A DNA stretch of 64,000 bases from Camelus dromedarius (lineage: Eukaryota): positions 100,194,001 through 100,258,000 of the forward strand of contig NC_087436.1 of NCBI RefSeq assembly GCF_036321535.1. The letters are read 5' to 3'. Every line of letters starts with the position of its first letter. The stretch's first letter is position 1. The notes beneath the pieces are model-generated. The model was not told the DNA's origin. It saw nothing but the letters and a program-made list of their open reading frames with translations, and searched no databases. Position numbers and translations under genes: made by a program. This document shows positions 39,550-53,174 of the stretch, piece after piece.

Positions 39550-40812
39550 TCTAGCACCATCATTTCTTTTAAGCAAAGGAATTGCGTTTGTTGTAAAATA
39601 CATGGTGATAACATACTCTGTGTATGATTTGGATGTGGGCAGGAATCAAAACAACAAAATTGAGCATGTGAAGTCTTTGTAGGGAAAAAAAAAAAAGATT
39701 TGTCTCCTTCTTCATGGGAAAATGAGGTGAGAGGAAAATAACAGAAAAGGAGGGTAGGGAGAGTCAGGAGGGGAACCAGTGAAGTGTCAATAGCTGGGAG
39801 ACAAGAAATTAACCTGGGGTATATATTGTTGGCAAGGGACTTGTATAAGCAGGGTTGTCTAAAGTTTAATCTGTATTTGTTTTTGTAAATGATTCTGTGT
39901 AAATTATTTAAATTCTTTATAATTTACTCCAGTTAACCCTGATGATTTACAACTCTTGGAATCCTGTACACCTAGGAATAAAACTCTTCTAAAACTCCAA
40001 AAGATGTGCTGTAGCTAATGGTGATTCTAAATTTTTTAGTGACAAAATTTTAAAACCATATTTTTACAACTGCTCAAAAATTTACAGTTGTTCACATTAT
40101 ATTTGGACACTATTTGTAGACTTCCTTTGCAGACTTCCCAGATGTAAACTATTGTTATTTTGGTGGATTATCAATTTATTGGCAGGGGTCCACCACCAGA
40201 GAACAGTGAGTGTTCGAGTGACTTTCTTTAAATCATCCCACTGGGTCCTATTATTACTTTAGCCTGAATGTATTTATCATCAGTAAATCTTGTTACCTAC
40301 AATTTTAAAAAACATTTAACATCCCATTGCACTTAATTTGCACCCCTGTTTTATTACAATTTGTCTTATTAAGAAGGAAGATATATCCAACTGTTGTTAA
40401 TATTAATAATATTTGAAGTATTAGATGTTCCTATATAAAAAATAAATTTTATTAATATTCTTATTGTTTTTTCATTCTCTGTTCTTTTACTTATTGTTTT
40501 TTGATGTCAATCAACTTAGTTTCTTTGGGCAAAACAAAAATGCATTATTTATTTCTAAATTAAATAATTATTGACTGTAAGTTTCAAATGAATTCACACA
40601 TTCAGGGGAACTATTATTAGAACAACTTCAAAAAAAATCAATATTTCAGAATAATTTCATGTTACACGTCTCTAAAAAATAATCCTTTTTTGTTGTTATT
40701 AGGATTTTACCCATCTTTGGAAATGGTGTGTCACGTGCCCAAAGAACTTCTCCTCAGAATTTAGATGGGCAAGACTCCCTCCTCAGAAGCCTGAATTTCA
40801 GTTCCATAGGGC

Positions 40813-41193
40813 TTTGTTGGTCTGTTCAGGCTGCCATAACAAAATATCATAAACTGGGTGACTTCAACACAATTGTATCTATTTGCTCAGATTTGGAAGC
40901 TAGAAATCCAGTGTGAAGGGGCTGAATGGACGGGTTTCTCCTGAGGCCTGTTCCCTTGGCCTGCAGACAGCCATCTTCTTGCTGTGTCCTCGTGTGACCT
41001 TTCCTCTGTGCACACACATTCCTGGTGTCTCCTTCTCTTCTTGTAAGGACACTAGACTTTCTGAATTAGGGCTCCACCCTTAGGAACTCATCTAACCATT
41101 ATTACCTACTTGAAGGCCCTGTCTTCAGATGGTCACACTGGGGGTTAGGCTTTAACCAGTGAATTTTGGGAAAACCCAGTTCAGCCCTTAACA
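40813..41193 (-). mobile_element. MLT1B-like solo LTR
   Basis: 'ggctgccataacaaaatatcataaactgggtg...ttctcctgaggcc...ttcagcccttaaca'. Confidence 0.9.
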
Positions 41194-41339
41194 AGCCTCC
41201 TCATCTATGTTTACGTGTTTTAATTATTTGAAACTCCTCTCTTTGTTCTCTTAGACATAGGTGTGATAATTTTCTGTTCTCCAGTTAACATCTTTATACA
41301 TTGTGAGCAAGTCTTTACTAAATTATCTTTGAATAACTA

Positions 41340-41704
41340 ATGTGGATTCTGGCTCCTGACTGACTGAACCTGACACATACACCACCCTAGAGATACTGGC
41401 CTTGGTCATTTGACTTGCTTTGGCCAATGGGATGGTGGCTCACCTGATAAAGTTGTAATTGTGTTTGTCCCTTGAGCCTTAGACAGTTACTGCGAGAACT
41501 TGGAGCTTTCACTAGGTAGCTACTCGCTTTTAAGTTGGGTCCTTCAAATAAAGACTTGTGGTGTCTCAGTGCTGCAGCCCAAAGCAGAGCTGGCTGGATG
41601 AGACAAGCAGAGATCTAGGAGAATAAATCACTGCTATTACAAATGACTGAGATTGGAGGTAGTATGTACTTAACATCGCTGTGACAATAGTGTGCTGAGA
41701 AGAC
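41340..41704 (+). mobile_element. MLT1H/I-like LTR
   Basis: 'ttggtcatttgacttgctttggccaatggga...gagaataaat...tgtgacaatag'. Confidence 0.65.
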
Positions 41705-41798
41705 ACTTTTCTACATGCCCATCCCTGTATTTCTGAGTGGTTCTTAACTCCAGTAGGTAGGTAGCATCATCAGAACAAAAACAAGACAGGGCTTAAGT

Positions 41799-42026
41799 CA
41801 GTGTCTCTCCAGTTGTGGTCAGTAGATTATCCAGAGTACTGTTTATTATTAATAAGCTTTCAATCAAGAGCTAGCTATTATTATTATTGTTCTCTAGATT
41901 ACTTGCTAAATATGCAGATTATGGAGTTCCATCTACATATTCAAAATCTTTTGAGGTTGGGCCCAGAAATTTATATTTTTAACAAGCTTCACAGTTAATT
42001 CCAAATCCTTCTATAACTGAGCCACT
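41799..42026. mobile_element. MER5A-like hAT-Charlie MITE
   Basis: 'ttgctaaatatgcagatt...gttgggcccagaaatttatatttttaacaagct...gagccact'. Confidence 0.7.
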
Positions 42027-43523
42027 TTCCGTGAATAAACTGTGATGCTCACGCACCACTTTAGTAGATTTGGCGATTCATTTTTCTCTAGAGTCCAAAA
42101 GCACTTAGTCCTTAGAAATCAATAAGACATTGTTCTTGTGACTGTATACCACATTAGCCACAGTTTTTCTAGGTAGGAGTTCTGTTTTATTCATCATTTT
42201 TAATTGTAGAAAGTACCCCCAGTGTGTTTTAACAAATGTTTGCCAAAAGACACAGATGGAGAAAAGGAAGGAAAGGCTAGGAATAGGGAGATAGTTAATT
42301 TAGAGCTGGCCTTGGGGACAAGGTAGACGGGTGTCCTGACAGAGAGAGTCTTAAAAGGTAGCAATTTGACAAGGATAAACCTTGCAAACTTGGTAAATTT
42401 GTCTAAGACCACACCATCTGATTAGCATTGACAACCAGACCTCTGACAAGTTTGCCATCAGTTCCGACTGCCTACACTTGGAGAAGCTGAATTGAGCTAC
42501 CCAAGAGAAGAGATTAGAATTCACTAAAGGACCTCAGGATAACATAATTTAACAGTTAATAGTTTTTCAAAAAAATATTTTGATCATACTGTCTCATGTC
42601 TACTCTAAGAATTTTGGATTCTCTCTAATTATATATTATATATTTTATATATATATGTATATACATAAAATACATGTCATGTATTTTTTAAACAGTGAAC
42701 CAAATTTGTGCCTTATTATTTTTCTTTTTTTCGAATTCCCAAAAGATGGTTAAATCTTTCTACACTCTTACTCCTGGATTCATACCTGGAATAATGATAT
42801 TATCTCTCTCAACATTTACACAATGTCTTACTGTGCTCTGCCATCGTAAGACAGCTGTGAAGCATTATTCAGTGTGTAAAGACATTATTAAGTCACATCT
42901 CAGTTGTATGGAGGTGGGAGTTGTGAAGGCAGAGGGCTTGACCTAAGACTTTAGCATACAGCCTTCCTCTTTTTCGATAAATAAGCTTAAACCTAAAGAG
43001 ATTAATGCAACTTATTCCACTGTGGCCTGCAGCCTTGAAAGTGTACAGAAGATGCCAAAGGCTTCACAATCAGATAAAAACATGCTTTTATTATTTTCTA
43101 TAGTGGAGCAATAGAGTGGCAATGCTATTTGTAAGGAAATCCCTGACCTACTTGGATGCTTACTTTTTTATCCCACTGAGAGCGTTATTCAGCCTAGAGA
43201 AATGGATACGCAGAGGCCAGCGGGAAGTTATTTGGTTTTATACCTTTATATCATATAACAGACTTTGAAGGCTTTAAAAAAATCTGGGAAGATTCATTAG
43301 AATATTATAATTAATCCCAAAATAAAGACACTAAGAAGAAAGGAAGTTGGAGGATTTACAGCACAAAAAAAAAAAAAAAAAAAAAAAAAGGAAAAAAAAA
43401 TTCCAAGTATGTGGGAACATGAGGGAACCTCTTGACTAAGAAATGTGGTTTAGGAATTTAATTGCCTGGACTGACTTTACTCAGTGGGGATTAGGACAAA
43501 AGAAGCTAAACATGTAAAAAGGA

Positions 43524-43894
43524 TGTCATCTTAGTTCAGGCTGCTTTACCAAACTACCATAGCCTGGGTGGCTTATAAACAACAGAAATTTATTTCTCAC
43601 AGTTCTGGAGGCTGGGGTCCCAGATCAGAGTGCCAGCGTGGTCAGGTCCTGGTGAGAGTCCTCTCCCGGGTTGCAGATGACAACATCTCATATTCTCCTG
43701 TGGCGGAGAGCAGAGACAGGAAGCAAGCGGTCCTGACTCTTACAAAGGCACTAATCCCCTTTATGAAGGCTGCATCCTCATAACCTCACCTGATCCTAAT
43801 TACCTCGCAAAGACCCATCGCCTAACACCATCACATTGAAGATAGGCTTTCGACATTTGGATTTTGGAATAACACAAATATTCAGAACATAACA
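43524..43894 (-). mobile_element. MLT1A-type solo LTR
   Basis: 'gggtggcttataaacaacagaaatttatttctcacagttctggaggctgg...aatattcagaacataaca'. Confidence 0.9.
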
Positions 43895-44879
43895 GGAGAC
43901 AATAAATACGGGATGCCGATGAGAAAGAAAAATAATCACAAAAGACAGCTTAAGCATTTTAAATTTAAAGAATTATTTCATAAATACATACCAAAAGATG
44001 TGTTTTGAATTTAACCAAAATTACGTTTTATCCATGTTATAATTCCAGTATCAACAATCAGCTATGGACATTTTTGTCTTCAATTTTCATCAGCGAGAAA
44101 TTCACTCATTTTTAGTTCTTGTCAAATTTAGAAGCTTTCTTTTCTTATTTTCTCCTTTTTTTCTTTCTCTCTTTTTTTAATTTGAGAGTTGTTTTGAAAT
44201 GAAACTTACAGTGTAATTTTCTTATCACGTGACAATAAAAGCTGCTATTTCTTTCAGCACTTATTAATAAGCTGCAATGACAATTTCTTTTCTATATGCA
44301 TTTAATTATATGTTACAATTAGAAGCCAATGTACTTTCAAACAGAATTTTAAAATCTACAAAACAACAAGCCCATCCTAATTCCTATTAAAAATACATAT
44401 TTATAATTATGTTTTTTCTAATTCAGGGCAATCCTCTTATTTAACCTCATCTATTATTGTGGCAATTGCTAATTTTTCACCAGATAAGAACTTATAAAGC
44501 TTTCATTGCACTCAGGCTGTTTCTACCTGTGAATTAGTTAATTGTTAATTTGATCTCTTCTAAAGGAAATGAAGCATCCACACCCAATCAATCTTCTGAA
44601 GTAAGCATGGGATGAATGCCTTTTTTTTTTGGAAATCAAGAGAGCATATCCTCCTCCAGTATTTCTGATGAAGGATGTTAAGACTCTATAATAGAATTGG
44701 AATGCTTGGTTAATTGCCTTTGCTCGCATAAGTGAGTGCCCTCATATGTCTGCTTAGTAGGACAAAGCTATTTCAGTGAGTCTGCAGATAAATGTTCAAG
44801 AGCTTAGGCATGCCTCCTAATATAATTTGCATTAATTATAATGATCATTGTCTAGGTTATTGATATAATAATAATAATA

Positions 44880-45120
44880 ATGGCAAGGATTTATCAAAGA
44901 CTTCATGCTGAATTCTTTATGTACTTTAACCCTTTTATCCTTTCATTATGCAATCAAGAACCCTTTCTCAGTCAAGAAGGAAAGCTAAGTTTTAGAGAGG
45001 CGATGCAGGATAAAGTCACGCCATAGACAAGGTCACACCGAACAGAGTTAGAAATGGCAACAAGCAGTCTAAGTGAATCCAGAACTGATGTCCTTGATAC
45101 TTCAAACTGTCATAATACCT
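44880..45120 (-). mobile_element. MIR fragment
   Basis: 'gaaggaaagctaagttttagagagg...caaggtcacac'. Confidence 0.5.
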
Positions 45121-46333
45121 GCCTCCAACTCTAAAACTACAGCACCTGTTTCATTAGTTCAAAGATTTGAAAATGTGCATCATAAGGTACTTTTTTTAAA
45201 AACATAGTATGAAGCAAGAATTTCTAACAATTTCTAACAATTTCTCGCCTACTTTTACAAATTATAGTAATTTTAGTGGATTGGTTGCAAATAAGGGATG
45301 GATCTGGTAGATTATTGAGTCAGAGGAGTTGCTTATAAGATAAAATAAAAGATATCTTTTTTGCTAATGCAAATTACTGAACTTAGGTCGAACAAAAGTA
45401 AAGACCATCCTAGAAATACAAATAATCATAGACATTCACTGAACGCTACACACTTATTGTGCATTTCTCAGTAAAATCTTAAACTAACCTAAAAAATGTG
45501 ATAAACACATTGAGAGAAAAAAATATATTGACTTTAACTCATTCTAATAGCTTAAGCATTTTCCCATTATACAGAGCTTGGCTATTCCCAGACATTTACA
45601 TTTCAACGTATTTAAAGGCTTCTCAAAAAAGAATAGAAAGCATAAACAAGGCATGCACTTTTTCCTTTATATTTTCCACAGTTTCTATAAAGATATTTTG
45701 CACTTTGATTAGATACTCAAAAATATTTATTGCCCTGGATTCAAATTTCCCAATTAATGTCTTGGTAAAATACCTACATGCATATTTTTATCTTAATTGC
45801 CAAATCTCTAAGTACTTGTTCTAGGACATGTACAAACACACAGGAGTAAAGAATGTGTTCTCTGCCCTCAAGGAATACTTAGTCTAACTAAAATACTTAA
45901 TCTAACTAAAGACATCTTCTGAATTACATACCGTAAGACTATATCCATAATCTGGTGCGTTTGACACACAAATAATACATCTACAAATCAGATTTTAAAA
46001 ATTGGCAACCAAAAATTGGGTTTATTAATTTTTGAAGTTGAGAAGTATATCAGTTACAGCCAATATCTCTTCTCCCATTCTTATCTATCAATAGAACCCT
46101 AATGATTTAGTTGAGCCCATGTTCAATAGGAATAAAAAATTATGTTTCTTAGCTCATCTTGCATGTTGGTGGGGTAATGTGACTAAGATTTTGCCAATAG
46201 GATATTATCTAAGGTCCTCTTTTTAGCATGCAGAAAATACCTTTAAGGAAGTGAGAATGTCTTTTTTCTGCTCTTCTTCTTTTCTTATGATAGATTCAGA
46301 AGTGACAACAGGAGTTTTATCTGCTATTATGAG

Positions 46334-46463
46334 TGAAGTGATCATATAATTTATTGTTCAATCTGAAATATTAGAGTGAAAAGAGGTACTTTTAATAATT
46401 AATGCAAAACAATAGGTGTAAAATGTAAATGTACTGGGAAAACCAATGTATATCGTCACTCTA
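46334..46463. mobile_element. MER94-like hAT-Blackjack MITE
   Basis: 'gtgatcatataatttattgttcaa...gagtgaaaagaggtac..ttaataatta...tatcgtcactcta', ~130 bp with decayed terminal inverted repeats (TIRs). Confidence 0.75.
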
Positions 46464-46480
46464 ACTTGGGCTTGTAGGAG

Positions 46481-47032
46481 TGAGACAAGAGAGAAGAGGG
46501 CAGGCTACAACCACTAAAAGAATGACATAGCCTTTGAGGATAGGACAAAAACTGGTTAGAACCTACTAAGCCCAAGATGGTGGAAGATTAAACTTCCAGT
46601 AGACCTTGAGTCTCATTATATTCTCATTTTAATACATCAGCATGCTAAACAATGGCAATCCCACGAGCACTGTAAAAATTCCGACTGATCATTAAAAACC
46701 AAAAACTGGATGAGGGCCCGATGCCTGGAAATCTCTGCCCCTTCCCCAAAACAGTTGGAATAATCCTCCTAATTGTTAGCATGTGAAATTATCCAGACCC
46801 AAAGCTAACCACCCCTGGGCCCCAGGACTGTCTGTCTTGCCTTCCAAGAGAGCCCGCATTCTGCCTATGGAGTACGTATCTCCCTGAATAAATCTAGAGT
46901 CTCTTTAACACGGCTTGCTCTTGAATTCTGTCCCGTGTGAAGCTAAGGACCCTCACTTGAGGGGGTGTGTCCCAGGGACTCACCCGAGACCTGGGACATA
47001 ACTATCCTCTCGTGCCGCATTTTCCTGCAGCA
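46481..47032 (+). mobile_element. ERV1-class solo LTR (MER4/MER41-group-like)
   Basis: TG...CA termini, candidate 4-bp TSD ggag/ggaa, AATAAA near 46887, U5-like 'ctcttgaattctgtcccgtgtgaagctaaggaccctc'. Confidence 0.85.
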
Positions 47033-47402
47033 GGAAGAATCCTAGTTGTGAGGATCATGGAGGCACACAGGACTGAAAATCTTAATAACTAATACTGTGA
47101 AGGCTTGAAACAAGATTTCACTGTCTTGTAAGTAACTCTTCTGCAAAAGCAGAGTACATTTCAGTCTTTTTAGAACTAGTACTTGATACTTTCTGTCACA
47201 TGTGACATTCAGTAATCTTGACTAGGACAGCATTTGAAATAAGTACTTTGTGTGCACTACTTAAGACAGAATTTAAAATGTTTTCATTATCTTTGGTCTA
47301 GAAGAGGTTCAGAGAAGATATAACAACTGTAGATTGGAGAGCTGGGAAACTTTTTTATGTCTTGGCAAAATAGTTGGTTAAATTGTTCTCAATTGTTTCA
47401 AT

Positions 47403-47760
47403 ATGTACAGGGTAAATTGTGCTGCAAAAACAAAAACACCAATATCTCCCTGACTTAACGCAATAAACATTTATCACTATAGCAAAGTTCACATGTGTTT
47501 CTAAGCAGCTGTTATCCACATTTCACACTACATAAATTTGGACATAATTTCACCTTAACTCAGTGTAGGAAAGGAGAAGTGAATATTATTCAGTAGCTCT
47601 TCTACCCATAGGTGACATAAGTCAAATCCACTTTATTTTCATTAAAAGTGGAAAATCACATGAGTGTGTTTAACTTCTGGGGGTGGGATATGCAATCATT
47701 CTATGTAAACTGGAAAAAAAACCCCACAAATATTGGTAAACACTAGTGAATTCTATCATA
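47403..47760 (-). mobile_element. Old MLT1 LTR inserted in the MaLR internal region
   Basis: 'gtgctgcaaaaacaaaaacacc...gacttaacgcaataaacatttat...atgcaatcattctatgt...aaatattggtaaacac'. Confidence 0.55.
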
Positions 47761-48895
47761 TCTGCTAGCAAAGCTAGAACACTGAGGCAAATGTTAGGAG
47801 AAATTCAGAAAGTTGGAATCTGCTATCTTCTTCTTGCTTTTTAAAAGTTAATTCTCATAAGATAGAGAGATAAAATTAGGCTAAGATGTATCAGTGTGCA
47901 GAAATAAATGGAAGCAAATTTAGATTTTCCAAAGAAGATACTCTTGCATTTTACAGTACAGATTTATTCCCATAATTTGGAGCCTTAAAGAGATGTTTAA
48001 AAAAGAAATAAAGAAAGAAAGAAAGCAAAGGAAAGGAAAGAAAAGAAAAAAGAAAGAAAGAAAGCCAAAAAATCTGAGTTCCGAAATTGTATGGTTAAGA
48101 GACTTTAACTTTTTATTCAGACTTACACTGAGATGGGGGAAGCAGACATTCTTAACTAGAGGCCAGTGAATAATAGACTTGAATTTCCACATTTATGACC
48201 ATGACAAGACATTGAATTTAGTTATATTTATATGTGGAATTGATCAAAAGCTAACTGGACAAGGCTTCTGACATTTTGGAGCTGGGATTCTAATGGGAAA
48301 TACATAGATTAAACTGTAAATATAAGTAAATTCCATAATACTTTAGAAGATGATAAGTATTTTAGTTAAAAAAAAAGAAAATGCAGTAAATGATAAGGGA
48401 CACCAGTAGCACTGGGGTACAGGTAAATTTTTAAATAGATTGAAAATATCAGATATCTATAAAAAGTTGACATTTGAGAAAAGACTAAAAGCAAACAATG
48501 AGTGAGACTTCTAAACATCAGGGAGAAGGCTGTCTTGGCAATGTGTGGCAGCTAATGTAAAAGTGGACCCACCTAGGTTCAATAAGCATTGCCACAAGGA
48601 GGGTGGTGTGACTGGAGGTGTTAGCTGCTCATGAGATCCAAGATGAAATACTGAGGTAAATCATACAGCAGCTTGTTGGTCGTTGTATGGACTTTGATTT
48701 TTTTTTTTTCTTAAATGAAATTGAAGCAACTGATGGGTTTTGAGCAAAGGAAGGGCATGATCTGATTTGTATATAAGACTCACTCTGGATGCAGTTTTGA
48801 TATTAAACTCTATGCAGTCAAAGAACGTGGCAGTGGAAATAGACTGTTTTCACAGTAATCAAGGAATGAAAGAATGAATTGGTAGCTTTGAAAGT

Positions 48896-48929
<34 letters not shown>

Positions 48930-49520
48930 CAAACAGATCCTGAATATATTTTGAGGATAAAGTCTTCTTTGATGGGAAGTCTTCACTTTTCACATGAAAG
49001 AATGAGAAGATTTGAGTATAATCTCATATTCTAAAATTTTTGCTGGAGACTCAAAGGTTGACTTAAGTTCACTTAGATGGAGAAAGTCACAGGTAAATAT
49101 TTGGGGAGCTGGAGTATAAGGAGGGAAGAAGAAATCTGGGGTTCTTATGGGTATGCTGTGTTTCGACATCTATCAGATGTCTTGGTGGATGTGTTAATTA
49201 AGCCATAGAATATGTTAGTCTAGGTTTGAGGAGAGAAGACAGACTAAAGATATATATTTGGTACACTGGCAAAGTGATAACATTAAAGGTCTTGACACTA
49301 GATCAGAGTAGGAAAGAGTTACTACATAAAAAGTAGGAAAGGGGGATAAAGAATTAGTCTTACAACACTACAGTATTGAAATATAAGGAAAAGGAGAAAA
49401 AAAAATGAAGTCTGCCATGAAATGAACAATCGAAGTAGCAAGGAAATGATTAAATCATGGTGTCTTGCATGTGAAGTGAAGAAAGTATTGTCAAAGAGGA
49501 GTATCCAAAGTGAGTCAAAC

Positions 49521-50124
49521 TGTAAGGTTTAAGAGAACAGTTATAGTCCCCAAAGACTGCCCTTACTTCTGACCCCAACCGTTAGCTTGGCGGGGGGTTC
49601 CCAAATTCACTAGAAACACTCACAGAACTAACTGAATCGCACTCAGAGTCATGATTTATAGCAGGGGAGATATACAATAAAATTAGCCAAGAGAAGAAAT
49701 GCATTAGACAGAGAGTCTGGGAGCGTTCCAAATATGAAATTTCCATTGTCCTCAGGACACATGACTCTCTTAGAGTTGGTGTGTAAAAATATGCAGAGTA
49801 TGTCCAACTGGTGAGGCTCATCAAGCTTCAGTGTCTAAGACTTTTTACTGGGGAATCATTGTAGGAAAGATTGACTGTTTGATTTTCCACATGGTTGATC
49901 TCAGTCTCCAGCTGCCCATTCCCTGGAGATTGTGCTGATATCATGGGCCCACCATGAAGCACCTTGTTAACATAAATTATCAGGTTTCCCAGAGGCCCAT
50001 CAAGAGTAACAAAGACATTCTTATCAGTTAGGAAATTCCAAAGCTTTAAAGGCTATTTTCAAAAAAGGAGCAAAGGACAAAGGTCATACCTCTCTTTGGG
50101 CAAGGTCAAATTCTTTGCTACCCA
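49521..50124 (-). mobile_element. MER21-like ERVL LTR
   Basis: 'ccccaaagactgcccttacttctgac...aattcactagaaacactcacagaact...ggaaattccaaag...aggtcaaattctttgctaccca', TG...CA termini. Confidence 0.8.
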
Positions 50125-50359
50125 TCAAGTGAGTGATTATATCAAATGCTGCTGAAAGGTCACATAGTTGTTGAAAAAAATATAGCTTTTTAATTTTTTT
50201 GAAAGGAAAAATTATTTTTATTTTTATTTCTTAACTACTCCCAATTACTGTGAATGGGATATGTGTGCCTGATGGCCACTACACAAATTCTCAACTCTTG
50301 AAATAAGGTTACACACCACCTACCCTTGTCTCCTGTTCCATACAGATTGCTGTGCCATA

Positions 50360-50504
50360 CAGTTGCCCCTTAAACAATACAGTACTAGTACTACATAATC
50401 TGTGGTTGGTTAAATCCATAGATGTGGAACTCTGGATATAGTTGGATTTTCCACTACACTGAAAGTCTTTGTCCCTAACCTCTGCATTGTTCAAGGGCCA
50501 ACTG
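50360..50504. mobile_element. Tigger2/MER8-type Tc1-mariner MITE
   Basis: TIRs cagttgccccttaaacaatacag / ctgcattgttcaagggccaactg, with a TA target on the left. Confidence 0.85.
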
Positions 50505-51109
50505 TTTGCTATGACTTTAAAAATATATAGCATTTATATATATATGCTGATGGTAATGATTCCCTAGGAAGTAAATGTTGACAATGTATAAGGAAGAGGG
50601 GAGAATCTCTGGAGTAAAGGTTTTGAGTGTATAAGATCAGATAGGATATAACCCCCCATAAAGAAAGATTGGCTATATGATGGTTCACCCAAGTTAAGGT
50701 GAAAGACATGGTAGGTGTCTGCAAATACTGAAAGATGGATTAATGTGGTAGAAGTCTGTCTAAACTCTTTTGATTCCTGTAATCTTTTTAACTGAAATAT
50801 GAAGCAAAGTCATCAGACAAGAATGAGGCTGGGAGAGGAGGTATTGACCACTTAAAAAGAAGGAAGAAAGTGTGGAAAAGACTCCTAGGAATATGAGAAC
50901 TGATGGATTAAAAAGACTATGATTTCCTTCAACAATAAGAGTTCACTTGAAGTTAGTTGTCACACATTTAAATGCTTCTGTTCACTGTGGTTTTTAGGAT
51001 TTCCTCCAACCAAATTCAGATACATGATGCAGGTGTGAAATAGACAGAGAGTGGGATTTATAGGGACTATGATTTTGTCAAGTGTACAAGCCTTTTATCA
51101 TTTGGCTTA

Positions 51110-51329
51110 GTCTGTATCTCTCATCTAGATTTATCATTTCCATTTCAAACTCTTACTTTGCATCCAAGGAAGTTGAGCCTTATAGATGGTGTCACCAGGA
51201 CACTCTTTGCAATTGACTTCGAATTGAGGCTCAGCCAATGGATGGTGCTGAGAAAAGATCGGAGAGCAGGAGAAAAAAAATTCAGGATATTTCTTCCCAT
51301 GCCTTTTCCCCTCTGGAAGGTTTGTTTTG

Positions 51330-51360
<31 letters not shown>

Positions 51361-51560
51361 TCAGCAATAGCAGTGTCTCTGTCATTGTTATAGTTCTCGT
51401 GGTATCTGATCTTTGCCTCAAGAGTGTCAATGCCTTTCCACAATAGGGTGGCCCATAGCTGATTCCATTAATACTACTAATACCATCGTAAATATTCCCT
51501 TCATAGAATATCTTGAACTGTGTGAGTTGGAGCCTGTTTCTGTCAGTATAATTGTACTTC
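51110..51560 (+). mobile_element. LTR33-like ERVL LTR containing (GTTTT)n at 51320-51361
   Basis: 'ctcagccaatggatggtgctgagaaaagatcggagagcaggagaa...ggatatttcttccc'. Confidence 0.65.
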
Positions 51561-53174
51561 ATATGAGGGTGACAAACCAAGGGTCGTTAGAGTTTACTTG
51601 AAGAAGGGATTATAATAACTGACCATGGGCTATATTAAGTGAATATTTGTTGTCTACTATGACTGCAGATTTTGAATCAGAAAAGAATTTTTGAAACAAG
51701 ATCTTAGTGCTCTATTAACTTCATAATTATATACAGATGAGGTATTATGATCTAGGTTGGTTTGTTTCTTAGTTTTTTGTTGTTGTTTTTGTGGATTTTT
51801 CATTGGATAAAGGTCTCAGACCAGGTAAATGACAGAAATAGGACTAGAACTAATGTCTTTTGATTCTTAGTGCAAAGTGTGTGGGTAATGTGTTTGTATT
51901 TAAGGATCTCCTGCTTTCTCATGGAAGAATAGAGTAATTGTAAAGTAATTGTAAAGTAATCCAGTATTCATGCCAAGCATCCATCAGGTAATAAAGAGGA
52001 GTTCAGAGTTAATTCAGTTTATTTTTGACCATTTTAAACAGTAGATTTACACTCAATCCTTTCACAGTATTTATCTTTGTGCTTTGTTTTTAGTTCTGTG
52101 TAAATGGATCAACAATTTATTCTCAAGGTTGCTAAGTTTACATCTAAATCTTAGGAATAATAATTAAAGGCACATATAAAATCATAAGTTCATAAATCAT
52201 TTCTGACATCTTGACTAACTACTGAAGAGACTGATTTAAAAATCCAGTCCATATCTATACATTTTTCCATCCAAAATTCCTCTGCCTTGTATTAAGAACT
52301 TAAGAAAAGTAACCTTCTTCTATGATGTTTGCTACAACAGAAACGTTTATTTTAAACTGAGATACTATAGTTGTAAATGCAGAGTTTGGGGTTTTTTTGT
52401 TTGTCTCTCTCTTTTTTTTTCCTCCAAATTTAAATACCTTTGCACCTTTGGGGCTGAACTACCTTTACAGGATATTTGTAATGAATGTTTATTTTTCTTT
52501 GTCTTCAGTTTTCGTGTGACCAATTGAATTGTCTGAGAAAGGGAATTTAAGTATAGAGTGCTTACTTATCTCAGATAAAAGAGAGTATTCAAGCAGACAA
52601 AAGAAATAAATATTGCCTGATGAAGTCTAACTACCAACTATGTCTCATTTAGTGGTCACACCATGTCCTACAAAAATAAAAATGATTGTATAAGCGAGTT
52701 TATATATTACTGTACTGCTTCTATCCCTTGCTGCTGAACTATGCAAAGGACTGAAATAAATGCACATTAGTGGAACACAAAATGTAAATGAACCTAATTT
52801 GAAACTAGGAGAAACAAAATTGTAGAGAGCTAATTGCTTTGTTTATGTAGGGTGATTGGAATAGGACTTCTTGCTCAAAGGCACCCGTAGCTTGGAACTT
52901 TTACATGCTTTTTAAAAATCTGTACACTGGAGTTTTAATAGAAGGAGTTGAGTGATCTGGGTGCTTTTAAGGACATCTGGCTTGCTGATTAAACACCAGG
53001 GACTCACAATATGGGTATTATCTGGACAAATTCATCATAGTTTGTGGTTTGGACTTCAATTTTTTAGGCACTGTGTTATCTCTTCATTTATTCAGAGTAG
53101 ATAAGACCTAAGGAAAATGAAAGAATTGCTATCTCTATAGGATTTTGAGTTGGGGAGAAAAAAAAGACCATCTA

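Larger units (their letters stand above)
46050..47990 (+). mobile_element. MLT1J-like LTR (46050-47228, interrupted) followed by MaLR internal sequence
   Basis: 'atgtgactaagattttgccaatagga'; LTR end 'tcttgactaggaca'; then MLT-int-like 'ttatgtcttggcaaaatagttggttaaattgt'. Confidence 0.55.
48240..50990 (-). mobile_element. Long L2 (L2a-like), interrupted by MER21-like and Tigger-derived elements
   Basis: 'gacatttgagaaaagact', 'gggttttgagcaaaggaagggcatgatctgattt...gactcactctggatgcag', 'tcaaatgctgctgaaaggtca'. Confidence 0.75.

Noticed and set aside
43365..43399. Long poly(A) runs (also 48899-48927) as retrocopy tails
   Set aside because: No TSD or upstream transcript-like body is visible.
51134..51580. 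148-aa minus-strand ORF
   Set aside because: It lies in an LTR33-like element and reads through a (GTTTT)n repeat (KTKQN repeats).
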